Assembly: GCA_040755855.1 (NCBI GenBank)
Contig: JBFMAD010000040.1
Coordinates: 999-64,998, forward strand
Source of the DNA: Planctomycetota bacterium
GTDB taxonomy: Bacteria; Planctomycetota; Brocadiia; JAADGH01
Reading direction: 5' to 3'
Length of the DNA stretch: 64,000 bases
Part shown: positions 62,636-64,000 of the stretch, piece after piece
Layout of the letters: every line of letters starts with the position of its first letter
Numbering within the stretch: the stretch's first letter is position 1
Translations under genes and position numbers: made by a program
Notes under the pieces: model-generated
Seen by the model: only the letters and a program-made list of their open reading frames with translations
The model's database searches: none
What the model was told of the DNA's origin: nothing

Positions 62636-64000
62636 CTACGCAACCCAGACATATCGCGCAAAGGCATTCGCCGGCGTCACCGCCCCCGTCCACGTCGGAC
62701 CGATCACCCTCAGTGTGTTCCCCACGCCCGCCACCGTGCCGCCGTCGCCGATGTTGCCCGTGAAGTCGCCGATGACCGTCACATCGCCAAACACCCTTGC
62801 AAGCAGATCGCCCGTCAGGTTGCCGATGATGTTGATCCTCGTATCCCGCGCGCCGCGGGCAACGTCAATCACCCCCGCCATCTCGCCGCGGACAAGGATT
62901 GATCCGACCAGATCATAGCCCAGCGCCACCGTCGAGCCCGCCTCCACGCTCGGCGCGCCAACCCCAGCCAGGATAAATACCTGCGACACATTCCCGCCCA
63001 GCGTAACCGCCGATCCCCCCGCGATCCCGCCGATTATCTTGAACAGCCCCGTCGTCCCCGTCACGTCCACCGTCGCGCCATCCATGCGCCCAATTACCAT
63101 GATTCGACCCACGTTGCCGCCTACTTCCATCGTGTCGTCCAGCAGCGGGGCGCCCGTCACCGTTCCGTTCACCTGGAACAGTGCGGCATCGCCGTCGGAA
63201 CGGAACTGGCTGTTTGTCATGTCACCCCGGCAGAAGAGACTGCCCACCGACGTCGTCCCGATGGCGAAGGAATCGGTCAGCGACCCTGCCGAGAAATAAT
63301 TCAGGTTTGCGGCGCGGAAGACGCTGTTTGTCATATTGCCTATCACCCTGCCGACGTTCAGCGCGCCGCCGATGATAAAGGCCGATCCGTCCATCGGACC
63401 GAGCACGATCGCCTGGCCCATGTCGCCCCCCGGACCGACGAAGGTGTTGCTGACGCCGCCCACGTTTACGAACCGGTTCAGGTTCCCGCCGACATCCACA
63501 TTCAACGTATCCGCCGCCCCGATGATCTGGAGGAAGTTCAAGTCGCCGCCGACCGTGATGTCCGTGTCCTGCACGATGCCGAGGCAGTTGATGAACCTGA
63601 GGACGCCCGGCGACTCCCCGCCTGCCGTCTGCACCGTCCCCGCCGTCATCGTGTTCGGCGTGTCGCGCGGGTCGAGGTCCTTCACGATGAACTTCGTCCT
63701 GCCGTCCGTGCCGGAGAAATCAACCGAGACGATGTCCGATCCCTCAAAGACGCCCACCACCGCCTGGCCCGGGCCGCGATAGACGAGCTGAATCCAGTCC
63801 CCGTCGGCGTCGTGGAAGCGATAGACGGGGTTCCGGGCGCTGAGGATGACCGTGCCCGCGCCGTACTCATATGCGCCGATGTCCACGCCGCTCCCGTCGT
63901 CACGTTCATATCCTGGCCCGCGCTGGTCGGTCAACAGTCCGAGGGGGTTCAGCCCCGCGTTGATCGCCGGGCTGCCCACGAGCAGCCTGTGCGTCTGCGT
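62636..64000 (-). CDS. C-terminal part of a large repetitive beta-solenoid surface protein; CDS continues beyond the window end
   Basis: The frame stays open to the window edge (…HRLLVGSPAINAGLNPLGLLTDQRGPGYERDDGSGVDIGAYEY, a block typical of the end of beta-helix adhesin-like domains). It is followed by about 380 aa of Gly/Asn/Val-rich short repeats such as VGGDLN, VGGNLN, IGGALN and LGGNV. Confidence 0.8.
   Translation of the reverse strand, partial: TQTHRLLVGSPAINAGLNPLGLLTDQRGPGYERDDGSGVDIGAYEYGAGTVILSARNPVYRFHDADGDWIQLVYRGPGQAVVGVFEGSDIVSVDFSGTDGRTKFIVKDLDPRDTPNTMTAGTVQTAGGESPGVLRFINCLGIVQDTDITVGGDLNFLQIIGAADTLNVDVGGNLNRFVNVGGVSNTFVGPGGDMGQAIVLGPMDGSAFIIGGALNVGRVIGNMTNSVFRAANLNYFSAGSLTDSFAIGTTSVGSLFCRGDMTNSQFRSDGDAALFQVNGTVTGAPLLDDTMEVGGNVGRIMVIGRMDGATVDVTGTTGLFKIIGGIAGGSAVTLGGNVSQVFILAGVGAPSVEAGSTVALGYDLVGSILVRGEMAGVIDVARGARDTRINIIGNLTGDLLARVFGDVTVIGDFTGNIGDGGTVAGVGNTLRVIGPTWTGAVTPANAFARYVWVA

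Overview
High-GC chromosomal segment. Gene content suggests a PVC-type lineage (Planctomycetota/Verrucomicrobiota-like), based on a DUF1549/DUF1553 + DUF1501 gene pair, many large secreted hypothetical proteins and word-like intergenic repeats; this taxonomic call is inference only. Layout: (1) 1-22.4 kb is a glycan/sugar-utilisation neighbourhood. It holds two URO-D-like genes, an L-fucose-isomerase-family gene, Gfo/Idh/MocA oxidoreductases, xylose-isomerase-like TIM barrels, a LarA homologue, a beta-helix protein, several secreted glycoside-hydrolase-like proteins and a formylglycine-type sulfatase. (2) 22.6-28.0 kb is a DUF1549/1553 - DUF1501 - PPC-domain operon. (3) 30.4-37.6 kb is housekeeping: a galU-nth-TPR/PD40 operon with overlapping stops and starts, then thiE. 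(4) 37.8-40.9 kb is an AT-richer islet carrying a compact C5-methyltransferase / restriction endonuclease / Vsr operon. (5) 41.3-45.8 kb carries a four-domain CoADR-rhodanese-TusA-DsrE persulfide-reductase-like gene, divergent from a STAS-PK_C fusion. (6) 45.8-51.3 kb has an AT-rich control region, then rex, a stand-alone receiver and a four-subunit group-3b (sulfhydrogenase-type) [NiFe]-hydrogenase. (7) 51.4-62.5 kb has a large internally duplicated secreted protein, then a minus-strand housekeeping operon (NlpD-like, FmdB, YfcE, HIT, dGTPase, YacL-like, ispD, ispF, flavin reductase) and tRNA-Gly(CCC). (8) 62.6-64.0 kb is the 3' end of a beta-solenoid surface protein. Most notable observations: an AT-richer insertion with a two-domain nuclease-like gene splitting the conserved ispD-ispF pair; an ispD with no canonical start codon; a single-gene AT-rich islet encoding an NDT/TIR-like + wHTH protein; the STAS-PK_C fusion; and three families of dispersed intergenic repeats, two of which abut the AT-rich islets. 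No rRNA, CRISPR array, integrase or transposase was seen. Many long ORFs in the track are antisense shadows typical of high-GC DNA and were rejected.
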